Positions 53,549 through 61,877 of a stretch of 64,000 nucleotides of DNA are shown piece by piece (position 1 is the stretch's first letter; every line of letters starts with the position of its first letter). This stretch comes from Candidatus Dadabacteria bacterium UBA1144. Lineage in GTDB: Bacteria; Desulfobacterota_D; UBA1144. The translations under genes were made by a program, and so were the position numbers. Location of the stretch: contig DCAB01000012.1 in NCBI GenBank assembly GCA_002311855.1, positions 42,523-106,522 on the forward strand, read 5' to 3'. The notes under the pieces were generated by a model. It was not told the DNA's origin and searched no databases. It saw only the letters and a program-made list of their open reading frames with translations.

Positions 53549-53896
53549 ATGTTTACAAAATCGAACAAAATACTTTCGGCATTAGCAATGTTCCTCTCAT
53601 TGGTATCCATCACCATATATAAAATTTACGATATTTATTTTTTCCAAGGTTTTCTCTATGGAATTATTCTCTCTTTTATTAATATCTTATCCATACAATT
53701 TATCTCTAACTTTTTTGTAAAAAATAACAAATCTAAAATTTTTACCTTTTTTTCTGTTCTATTAAAGATATTGATATTAATTGGAATAATCATATGTTTA
53801 ATTAAGTTTTTGTCAGTAGATCTAATTGGATTTTTGACTGGTTTTAGTGTAGTTTTAATTGTGTTTATTCTACTAATTCAAGGTAAAACTTTATGA
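53549..53896 (+). CDS. atpI: ATP synthase protein I-like membrane protein
   Basis: 115 aa, about 4 TM helices; position immediately upstream of atpB. Confidence 0.5.
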   Translation: MFTKSNKILSALAMFLSLVSITIYKIYDIYFFQGFLYGIILSFINILSIQFISNFFVKNNKSKIFTFFSVLLKILILIGIIICLIKFLSVDLIGFLTGFSVVLIVFILLIQGKTL

Positions 53897-54591
53897 CCGC
53901 GTTAGAACATGCTCAGTGGACCGAGCTGCTAGGTATTAATAAATTTGATCACATTGTTGGTTCAATAATAGTTGTGACTTTTTTGTTAATTGTATGTTTT
54001 CAAATCAAAAGACAACATTCTCAGTCCGACCCTCTTGTTCCACCATCAAAATTGTCACTCACCACTTTCTTCGAGTTTCTTACTTTGGATTTTCTTTTAA
54101 ATCTATTAGTTAATATATTTGGAACAGAAAAACAGGCTAGAAGATTCTTTCCATTACTCGCTGGTTCTTTCTTTTTTATATTGTTCTCAAACTTACTGGG
54201 AATTTTTCCTGGTTTTTATCCTGCTACACAAAACTTGAATTCAACTCTTGCTTGCTCATCAGTTATTTTCGTAGCATATAATTATCTGGGATTTAAAGAA
54301 CATGGAATAGGCTATTTAAAGAAATTTATGGGTCCGGTCATATACATGGCTCCATTAATGATTATCATAGAACTTGTAAGTCATTTGGTTAGACCCGCCT
54401 CACTATCATTGAGGCTCTTCTGGAATATGTTTGGTGATCATTTAGTCTTACAAATTTTTTCAAATCTAACACCATTTATAATTCCCGCAATTTTTATTGG
54501 CTTGGGAGTTTTTGTATCTTTTCTTCAAGCTTTCATCTTTACACTTTTATCAAGCATTTATATATCACTTGCAATAAGTCATGATCATTAA
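53893..54591 (+). CDS. atpB: F0F1 ATP synthase subunit a
   Basis: 232 aa; conserved essential Arg in ...SLSLRLFWNMFGDHLVL... Confidence 0.9.
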   Translation: MTALEHAQWTELLGINKFDHIVGSIIVVTFLLIVCFQIKRQHSQSDPLVPPSKLSLTTFFEFLTLDFLLNLLVNIFGTEKQARRFFPLLAGSFFFILFSNLLGIFPGFYPATQNLNSTLACSSVIFVAYNYLGFKEHGIGYLKKFMGPVIYMAPLMIIIELVSHLVRPASLSLRLFWNMFGDHLVLQIFSNLTPFIIPAIFIGLGVFVSFLQAFIFTLLSSIYISLAISHDH

Positions 54592-54607
54592 AACAAGGAG
54601 GAATAAA

Positions 54608-54922
54608 ATGAAAAAATTTTCGGTTTTTACATTTTCTGTTTCGGTCTTAGTTCTACTTCTAACACCTGAGCTTTATGCTTCTGATCTTGGTGGAGAAGCC
54701 GTATCAGGTCTTGCTCTAGGTAGCGGAATTGGTATTGGAATTGCCGCTGCAGGAGGCGGGATAGGAATGGGACGAATGGTCGCTTCAGGACTTGATGCCG
54801 TTGGAAGAAATCCGGGGGCATCTGGTCAAATTTTAACATATATGATTATTGGTTTAGCTCTAATCGAATCTTTGGTTATTTATGCTCTAGCGATTACATT
54901 CTTATTGTTAAATAAAATATAA
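54608..54922 (+). CDS. atpE: F0F1 ATP synthase subunit c with N-terminal signal-peptide-like extension
   Basis: Start set at ATG 54608, which has the RBS AAGGAGG 7 nt upstream. The track ORF start at 54581 lies inside the atpB tail. Gly-rich helix 1 GIGIAAAGGGIGMG, RNP loop, helix 2 ALIESLVIY with the ion-binding Glu. About 30 extra N-terminal residues MKKFSVFTFSVSVLVLLLTPELYASD. Confidence 0.85.
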   Translation: MKKFSVFTFSVSVLVLLLTPELYASDLGGEAVSGLALGSGIGIGIAAAGGGIGMGRMVASGLDAVGRNPGASGQILTYMIIGLALIESLVIYALAITFLLLNKI

Positions 54923-54962
54923 GAAGCACTTTATAGGAAGGTGAATATCAACTCTCACCTTC

Positions 54963-55955
54963 CTATTCATCATATGCGTCTGTGTAGAGGCACAGTTTTC
55001 CACGAGATTCCCTGTTTTTAATTTCCATCAAAGCTTCCTTGAATTTTCTTATAGGAAATAGCTTAGGCTTGGCGATTTTTATAAGGTTATTGCTATATAG
55101 ATTATTTATTTTTTTCATACAATTGAGACTGAAATTGAGGTTGTTTTTTGCAAATGGGCCCCAAAAAATTCCAATTATCGAGCAGCCTTTGAGCAAAATT
55201 TTATTTAAAGACAAACTCGGAATTACACCCGAGGCAAATCCTACAACTAAAAGTTTTCCTTCCCACTTAATAAAGCTTAAGGAGTCACTAGTAGAATTCC
55301 CCCCAACGGTATCATAAACAATATCGAACTTAGCAAAAGAATGGTTGCGTAAAGATTCTTTAAGATTATCATTCTCGTTTAAAACCAAATTGTCTGCGCC
55401 ATATTTTTTACATAATGATAGTTTTTCCTTGGTAGAAGCTACCGCAGTAACATTGCATCCATAGGCTTTTGAAATCTCTATAGCCGACAAACCAACTCCC
55501 CCTGCTGCACCTAGGATTAATATATTTTGGCCGGAATTAATACGAGCCCTTTCAACGAGTGCATGAAAGGAGGTTCCGTAATTTACGGTCATTGTAGCTG
55601 CCAAATCAAACGACATTTCTTTCGATTTTTTCTCCACAAATTTGCAATTAACTTTTACGTACTCTGAAAAACCTCCCCAGGATGTCAGGGCTACAACTTC
55701 ATCTCCAATCTTTAAATCTTTTATTTTTTTTCCTACCTCCATCACCACCCCCGATACCTCCACGCCAGGAACAAATGGAATTGTCGGATTATCTTGATAT
55801 TTTCCCTCCACGACTAAAATATCTGCGAAGCTTATACCGCAACAATGGACGGATATAATGATTTCCTCATCATCAATTTTAGGAAAATCAAATTGTTCAA
55901 AATTTAAGTTGTCTAGAGATCCGAATTTACTTAGCTGAACTGCATAATTTTTCAT
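54963..55955 (-). CDS. MDR-superfamily zinc-type alcohol dehydrogenase / NADPH:quinone oxidoreductase
   Basis: 330 aa; GroES-like N-terminal domain; Rossmann motif LILGAAGGVGLSAIEI. Confidence 0.8.
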   Translation of the reverse strand: MKNYAVQLSKFGSLDNLNFEQFDFPKIDDEEIIISVHCCGISFADILVVEGKYQDNPTIPFVPGVEVSGVVMEVGKKIKDLKIGDEVVALTSWGGFSEYVKVNCKFVEKKSKEMSFDLAATMTVNYGTSFHALVERARINSGQNILILGAAGGVGLSAIEISKAYGCNVTAVASTKEKLSLCKKYGADNLVLNENDNLKESLRNHSFAKFDIVYDTVGGNSTSDSLSFIKWEGKLLVVGFASGVIPSLSLNKILLKGCSIIGIFWGPFAKNNLNFSLNCMKKINNLYSNNLIKIAKPKLFPIRKFKEALMEIKNRESRGKLCLYTDAYDE

Positions 55956-57301
55956 TTTCTTGATAAAATTGTTTTGGCCAATTTAATTCCTTTCTCTTTA
56001 GAGTTGATATTTCCTTCAAGCTGTTCGTCGAATATCTCTGAAAGAATATTCTTAAATTTTGGCCCAGGATTTAATCCCAATGATATTAAATCATCTCCTG
56101 TTATCAATGGCTTGGGTTTAATTGGTTCATTTTTTAATTCATCCATTTTTTGTAACGTATATTTATATAAGGACAAATCTCCATGGCTTCCTAAACAGTC
56201 AGCCTTGTGTAATGCTAGATGGTCTTCGAAATTTTCAATTGATATAAATTTCTTAAAAGTACTTTTTTTCATTTTGTCTACATTTCCAAACTTCATATGC
56301 TCTTTAACCAAAGACGTTATATTGGTGGTCCGTTTCTTAGAGAACTTGAGTCTATTGCAAATTTCTTTAGTAAGCCTAGCTCCAACATATTCGTGTCTGT
56401 TAAATCTGATCCTATCAGTTTTAGTATACGTAGATGGCTTTCCTATATCATGAAATAATGCTCCATAAGCGACCTCCAGATTAGTTCTCTTCGGATCCTC
56501 CAGCATGTCCAGAACCAGGCATGTATGAAAAAATACGTCGCCTTCAGGATGAAATTCTGGTGGTTGTTCCACATTTTTTAGAGATTCAATTTCAGGAATC
56601 AAGTGCTTAAATAGTCCAAACTCGCTTAGAGTAGTTATTCCCTGTCCAGGATTTTTACCAGTGATTATTTTTGCAATTTCGTCTCTAATTCTTTCTGTAC
56701 TAACACGTAAAATGTTTGAAGCGACCTTATGTAATGCTTTTTTAGTTTTATCTTCAATTTTAAAATTCAATTTATTTGAAAATCTAATCGCTCGCAAAAT
56801 TCTCAAATAGTCTTCGGAGAATCTTTCTTCAGGAATTCCGATTGTTCGAATTTTTTTATTTTTAATATCTTTCATTCCTTGACAATAATCGAAAATCTCT
56901 CCTGTATCAGGATCTAGCATGAGACCATTGATAGTAAAATCTCTTCTTCTTATATCCTCCCGTTGATTTTTTGTATAAGTTATCTCTTCAGGATGCCTAC
57001 CATCAACATATTTCATATCTTTCCTAAATGTAGCAACTTCTAACGAGCAATTGTCAACTATGACTAGCATTACACCAAAACTTTGCCCTACAGGTTTTGT
57101 GTGCTTAAAAATTTTTTGAATCTCATCTGGTGTTGCACATGTCGAGATATCGAATTCTTCAGGAGATTCCCCTAAACAAAGATCTCTAACAGCTCCGCCG
57201 ACTATAAAAGCACTGTGGTTGTTCTTTTTTAACTTATTAACAATCTTTTTAGCAGCTTGGAATTTTTCGTTATTTTTGATTGAATCAGTTAATTGAATCA
57301 T
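55952..57301 (-). CDS. CCA-adding tRNA nucleotidyltransferase / poly(A) polymerase family protein with HD domain
   Basis: 449 aa; Pol-beta NT motif FIVGGAVRDLCLG...DFDI; C-terminal HD region ...FHDIGK... Confidence 0.8.
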   Translation of the reverse strand: MIQLTDSIKNNEKFQAAKKIVNKLKKNNHSAFIVGGAVRDLCLGESPEEFDISTCATPDEIQKIFKHTKPVGQSFGVMLVIVDNCSLEVATFRKDMKYVDGRHPEEITYTKNQREDIRRRDFTINGLMLDPDTGEIFDYCQGMKDIKNKKIRTIGIPEERFSEDYLRILRAIRFSNKLNFKIEDKTKKALHKVASNILRVSTERIRDEIAKIITGKNPGQGITTLSEFGLFKHLIPEIESLKNVEQPPEFHPEGDVFFHTCLVLDMLEDPKRTNLEVAYGALFHDIGKPSTYTKTDRIRFNRHEYVGARLTKEICNRLKFSKKRTTNITSLVKEHMKFGNVDKMKKSTFKKFISIENFEDHLALHKADCLGSHGDLSLYKYTLQKMDELKNEPIKPKPLITGDDLISLGLNPGPKFKNILSEIFDEQLEGNINSKEKGIKLAKTILSRK

Positions 57302-57367
57302 TTTGTCATATTGTTTCTAATAAACACTAATGTATATTATAGACAAAATCTAATTTAAATAAATCAC

Positions 57368-58315
57368 ATGATAAGTATTCAAGAAGTAAAGAAATCTTTT
57401 CAAAATAATGGGTCAAAATTAATATATCAATTTTTAGATGGATTGAACTGGAAACAGCTAACCTATAAAGATATCAACTCAAATATCGACTATGTACTTT
57501 CTTATCTCATTGCTAATAAAATAACAAACAAGAGAGTTCTAAGTTTATCAATGAATTGCCTAGATTCATTTATTCTTGAATCTTCTCTTTCATCTTTAGG
57601 TTGCGATATAAGTTTCTTTGACGAGAGACTAAGTCAGACTTTGGATATCAAAAGGAGTTTTGATATCATCATCATTGACGATATAGAAAAACTATCGAGC
57701 AATCCTATGGTTAAAAGATTACTTGATGAAGAAAACGAAATAATATCAATCAAACATTTTAAAAATATTACAGATTATAAGCAAAAAGTTAAATCAATAA
57801 AAAATATACACAAGATGGGTTTATTATCAAAAAGGAGGCTCGATGATAATCCAGAAGATTATTTGAAGAATATTAGAAAAAAAAATTTTGTGGAATTTAT
57901 AAATCACGAAAATTGTATTGAAGTTAACATCGAGGATTTCTTTGCAATCATTGGTGAATACGAAAACATTTTTGATAGTATCAATGAAAAAGAGTTTTCT
58001 TCCTCTTTGTATTTAAAACCAGATTTATTTTCGAAATCTATTAATCATCTATTTCTTTTATCATCCAACAAATTTACCAATAACAATTCTTTAATCTCGT
58101 TTCTTAATAATGCAAATGAAATCATGCCAAAGAACTTAGTAATCGATTCTGAAAGCATCGACAACTTAGTAAAAATTAGCAAGGACAGCGGCGTCAAATT
58201 AATAGACTTATTGGGATCTAGGGTAAAAAGGATAATTACATATAATTATGCCAATGGTAACAATATCGGAATAATTAAAAGCAATGGAATAGAAATTTTT
58301 AATTCGCCTCTATAA
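57368..58315 (+). CDS. hypothetical protein (ORFan-like)
   Basis: 315 aa, Asn/Ile/Lys-rich. Only faint resemblance at the N-terminus (LTYKDINSNIDYVLSYLIAN) to the start of adenylate-forming enzymes, but the core AMP-binding motifs are absent. Confidence 0.45.
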   Translation: MISIQEVKKSFQNNGSKLIYQFLDGLNWKQLTYKDINSNIDYVLSYLIANKITNKRVLSLSMNCLDSFILESSLSSLGCDISFFDERLSQTLDIKRSFDIIIIDDIEKLSSNPMVKRLLDEENEIISIKHFKNITDYKQKVKSIKNIHKMGLLSKRRLDDNPEDYLKNIRKKNFVEFINHENCIEVNIEDFFAIIGEYENIFDSINEKEFSSSLYLKPDLFSKSINHLFLLSSNKFTNNNSLISFLNNANEIMPKNLVIDSESIDNLVKISKDSGVKLIDLLGSRVKRIITYNYANGNNIGIIKSNGIEIFNSPL

Positions 58316-58984
58316 TTAGATTTTTGCAATCTGTTTTGCCATCGGGAAAATACTACTTATTACATTTGCTATAGCAACGGCTATATCCATGTGCTCTTTT
58401 TGCGTTCCATGACCACTTCTAAGTTCAATATAATGAACCCAGCTTCTCAATGTTCCATTCATATACATTCTGCTAACGGTATTACCTTCTGGCAATACGG
58501 ATCTAGCTTGTTCTTTAGCGATACCATTCTCAATAGCCCAACTATAGGTCTCTTTCGCAATTTCAATCAATTTTAATTGTCTTTCGTTCCACTCTTTTAT
58601 TAGAGATGCATCATCGGTTTCAATAGAATTTTGTCTATTTTCCTTATCTTGGAGTCTAGCTTGTCTTGTCACAAATGATAAATTTGTAGTTGGATCGGCA
58701 TATCTTTGACTGAATTCCTGAAAACTAAACGATCTATGCCTAAGAATTTGTCTTGCGATATCTCTTGTTGTTTCAATTTCAATACATGCGCTTACCATTT
58801 CTAAGGGTGACCAATGCTTATTGGTAATTAGATAAGTAATTAATCTCTCACTTGTTTCAGTGTTAATCTGGTTTGATGGATTAGAAACTCTTGCACAGAA
58901 AGCAATCAATTCCTGGACATTGGAGATTCCTTCATCTTGAAATTCGTCGGTTGGTTTCGAGTAACTTACTAATCTTATCTTCAT
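58316..58984 (-). CDS. thyX: flavin-dependent thymidylate synthase
   Basis: 222 aa; ThyX signature RHRSFSFQEFSQRY (RHRx7-8S). Confidence 0.9.
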   Translation of the reverse strand: MKIRLVSYSKPTDEFQDEGISNVQELIAFCARVSNPSNQINTETSERLITYLITNKHWSPLEMVSACIEIETTRDIARQILRHRSFSFQEFSQRYADPTTNLSFVTRQARLQDKENRQNSIETDDASLIKEWNERQLKLIEIAKETYSWAIENGIAKEQARSVLPEGNTVSRMYMNGTLRSWVHYIELRSGHGTQKEHMDIAVAIANVISSIFPMAKQIAKI

Positions 58985-58987
58985 TTT

Positions 58988-59746
58988 CTAAATAATTTTG
59001 TTGTTTAGAGATTCTAGCATTATATCTAAAAAATTATCTAAAGAATAATTAATAAAATTTAGATTCATCATATTAGAATCCATATTCTCGTATTTCTCGC
59101 CTGATTGATCAACAATATATATTTCTTTGTTTCTTTTGCGAACTATTTCAATAAAAGAGTACGTCATAGGGGAGATTTGATCAGCCACCAATATAGTCAA
59201 ATTGTCACACTTATTTAGTAGCATCCAAGAATCTCTCAAGTCCCATTGGGCAATATCTTGCCCCTTGAAAGGCATACTTGGTTTTAATATATTACTTCTG
59301 CACGAAATACACGTAATATCATCTTGGTTTTTAACAACTGACTCCATGCTTTTGTCCATTCCACAAGTTGAACAATACACCCAGTTAATATTACCCTCTA
59401 GGTCAATAACATTTTGTGAATTATTTAATGTTAGTATTCCGTCTATATTGAGATTAATTATTCCAACTACATTTGGAGATTTCTTAATTTCCAAAATCCT
59501 CTGATACCTACTAGAAACTGTAAATGGATATTCATCTTTCAGAATATGAATAATGTTATCAAAATATTCATTTCTAATTTTTTCATTAGTTCTAAAATCC
59601 TTGATTGAGGGTCGTTTTTCATAACTAAATAGCACTTCGAATTTACCTTCTTCGTAAAAATTCTTCTCTATAATGAGAGCAATTTGATTGAATTGAGAGA
59701 AGTCTTCAATTAGAATATTTTTGTCCATTTGTTCTAATATTATCAT
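58988..59746 (-). CDS. SIR2-like domain protein, apparently catalytically degenerate
   Basis: 252 aa; sirtuin-like core NIDGI...VIDLEGN...CSTCG...CISC (Zn ribbon), but both catalytic-region His are replaced (QNIDxLHE becomes LNIDGILT; HG becomes EG) and the N-terminal GAGIS motif is absent. Confidence 0.45.
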   Translation of the reverse strand: MIILEQMDKNILIEDFSQFNQIALIIEKNFYEEGKFEVLFSYEKRPSIKDFRTNEKIRNEYFDNIIHILKDEYPFTVSSRYQRILEIKKSPNVVGIINLNIDGILTLNNSQNVIDLEGNINWVYCSTCGMDKSMESVVKNQDDITCISCRSNILKPSMPFKGQDIAQWDLRDSWMLLNKCDNLTILVADQISPMTYSFIEIVRKRNKEIYIVDQSGEKYENMDSNMMNLNFINYSLDNFLDIMLESLNNKII

Positions 59747-60056
59747 GAGTGTAGATATTATAAAATTTGAACTTCTAAATAAGAATGTATTATCAATCTT
59801 GTGGAGTGATTCTCATCTAAGCTACATTTTAACAAAAGATTTAAGAAATTCATGCCCTTGTGCTACTTGTAGGACAGCGAAAAAGGGGTTTAAAAAATCC
59901 TTGCCTATTCTCCCATCCGAGAGCTACAATATCATTAATTCAGAAAGAGTAGGGAAATATGCCCTCCAATTCAAATGGGAGGATGGTCATCGGACCGGAA
60001 TCTTTTCTTATGTATTACTTAAAAAATTGTGCACTTGCATCGAATGTCAAAATTAA
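59721..60056 (+). CDS. DUF971 (gamma-butyrobetaine hydroxylase-like N-terminal domain) family protein
   Basis: 111 aa; ILWSDSHLSYILTKDLRNSCPCATC matches my recollection of the DUF971 pattern W.DGH.S.Y....LR..CPCA.C; second Cys pair CTCIEC; true start may be Met 59745. Confidence 0.6.
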   Translation: MSICSNIIMSVDIIKFELLNKNVLSILWSDSHLSYILTKDLRNSCPCATCRTAKKGFKKSLPILPSESYNIINSERVGKYALQFKWEDGHRTGIFSYVLLKKLCTCIECQN

Positions 60057-60697
60057 ATTCCTCTAATATCGCCCCATATAATTTTATGTAACTGAGGGAG
60101 GACTCTGACTTTCAAGTTATCTTCTAAAATTAAATCCGCTAGAAAAGATATATTGGCACCATAAACCGGCTGAAAAATAATTTTCGCTCTAAAATTTTTA
60201 TCAGTAATTATTTTTCTTGCATATTCATAATCGTTTTTATCGCTAATTACAAATTTGATCTGATCTTTTTCTTGTAATGACTCAAGAATAGAAAAATTCG
60301 TTTTCTTTTCCATTTTAGATGCGGGACATTTACAATCCATACTGATTAAAACATTTAAATCATGGAATATATGACTAGGTTTTATGTGGCCTGCCGTTTC
60401 TAGTAATATTTTGAATTTTCTTTGGATTAAAGCATCAACTAAGACGATTAATGTATCCTGCTGGAGGAGAGGCTCTCCTCCAGTTATACAAATATTTTTA
60501 CAATTTAATGATTCAATTTTTTGAATTAAATCACCCACTTTTAAATCTTTATAATCTTCTCCCTCAACTGCGTACATTGAATCGCACCAAGTACATCTTA
60601 AATCACAACCGAAAAGCCTAAGGAAAATTGTTGGGACTCCTATCTGAATCCCCTCTCCTTGAATAGAGAAAAAAATTTCATTAACTCTTAATTTCAT
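60053..60697 (-). CDS. queE: 7-carboxy-7-deazaguanine synthase (radical SAM)
   Basis: 214 aa; IFFSIQGEG...RLFGCDLRCTWCDS cluster motif. Confidence 0.9.
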   Translation of the reverse strand: MKLRVNEIFFSIQGEGIQIGVPTIFLRLFGCDLRCTWCDSMYAVEGEDYKDLKVGDLIQKIESLNCKNICITGGEPLLQQDTLIVLVDALIQRKFKILLETAGHIKPSHIFHDLNVLISMDCKCPASKMEKKTNFSILESLQEKDQIKFVISDKNDYEYARKIITDKNFRAKIIFQPVYGANISFLADLILEDNLKVRVLPQLHKIIWGDIRGI

Positions 60698-61412
60698 AAT
60701 TTTTTGTTTTTGGTAGTTTCATCAATTTTTCAGATACAGCTCTTAGGACCAGTGGATCGGGAAGTTTTGCTTCTTCAAAGGCCTTTGATCTTAGAATATT
60801 TGCATGATCTTTAGAAGATGGGGGATATCTACCATCATAACTTGTGTGTGTATATGCAAGCGACGACCAACATGGCTCCCCTAAACTTTTTGCTAATTTT
60901 ACAATTTCAGATTTTCTTAAATTTATGACTGGTGTTAAAACGTCAATTTTTTTTTCCAAAGATAATGAAATTGTTTTTTCCACACTATCTATAAAATCTT
61001 GCCTACAATCTGGATAACCACCAAAATCTTCCTGGCAAACTCCTAGTATCACAGTTGAAATGCTTTTCGAATAAGCTTTGTTTGCCGCAATTGACAAGAA
61101 AAGCAGATTTCTTGCGGGTACGAATGTTTTTTGTATTCCAGTGGCAAAATCTTCGATGTTATCATGCAACTCCAGTCTTTCATTATGATTTGTTAGTGGA
61201 GATTTTCCATCAAATATACCTCCGATATCAATTACCTCATAATCTTTAACCCCAGCAAGTTGCACTATCTTGATAGCCGAATCAATTTCTATTTTGTGAA
61301 GTTGATTATAATTAAATGTTATGGCTGAACAAGAATAGCCCCGGCTCATAGCCCAAAAAAGACAGGTGGTAGAATCTTGCCCACCACTTAAAATAATTAA
61401 TGCTTTTTTCAT
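60681..61412 (-). CDS. queC: 7-cyano-7-deazaguanine synthase
   Basis: 243 aa; PP-loop ALIILSGGQDST. Confidence 0.9.
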   Translation of the reverse strand: MKKALIILSGGQDSTTCLFWAMSRGYSCSAITFNYNQLHKIEIDSAIKIVQLAGVKDYEVIDIGGIFDGKSPLTNHNERLELHDNIEDFATGIQKTFVPARNLLFLSIAANKAYSKSISTVILGVCQEDFGGYPDCRQDFIDSVEKTISLSLEKKIDVLTPVINLRKSEIVKLAKSLGEPCWSSLAYTHTSYDGRYPPSSKDHANILRSKAFEEAKLPDPLVLRAVSEKLMKLPKTKNYEIKS

Positions 61413-61436
61413 AGATTTCTCAATTATTATTATATA

Positions 61437-61877
61437 ATGGATAAGATTAGAAAAGTAGAAGTTTCTGATCTGGATACAATTTGCAATTTAGAACAAATAT
61501 TCTTCTTGGATTATTGGAGTAAAAACCAGATTTTAAATCAAATCTCGTGTGAAAAGAATATTAATTTTTGCATTGAAAGCGATTCCAAGATAGTTGCTTA
61601 CATATTTGCACGATATTACTTAGATTTTACTGAAATATTGAAAATCGGCGTTTCTAGAGGATTTAGAAAAGTCGGACTAGCATCAATTCTTATGAAAGAA
61701 ATAGAATTATTATGTTTAAATATGAAAATTAAAAAAATTTTATTAGAAGTAAGAGAAGCAAATATTGCTGCAGTAAGTCTTTATAAAAAATTGAATTATA
61801 AAATTGATGGGATAAGAAAGAATTACTACAAGAAATATAATGATGATGGAATTTTAATGAGTAAAAAATTAATTTGA
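61437..61877 (+). CDS. GNAT-family N-acetyltransferase (RimI-like)
   Basis: 146 aa; acetyl-CoA motif region ...VSRGFRKVGLASILM... Confidence 0.7.
   Translation: MDKIRKVEVSDLDTICNLEQIFFLDYWSKNQILNQISCEKNINFCIESDSKIVAYIFARYYLDFTEILKIGVSRGFRKVGLASILMKEIELLCLNMKIKKILLEVREANIAAVSLYKKLNYKIDGIRKNYYKKYNDDGILMSKKLI

Noticed and set aside
54581-54607. Upstream ATG at 54581 as the atpE start (113-aa form)
   Set aside because: It lies inside the last codons of atpB. The strong AAGGAGG RBS sits 7 nt before the ATG at 54608.
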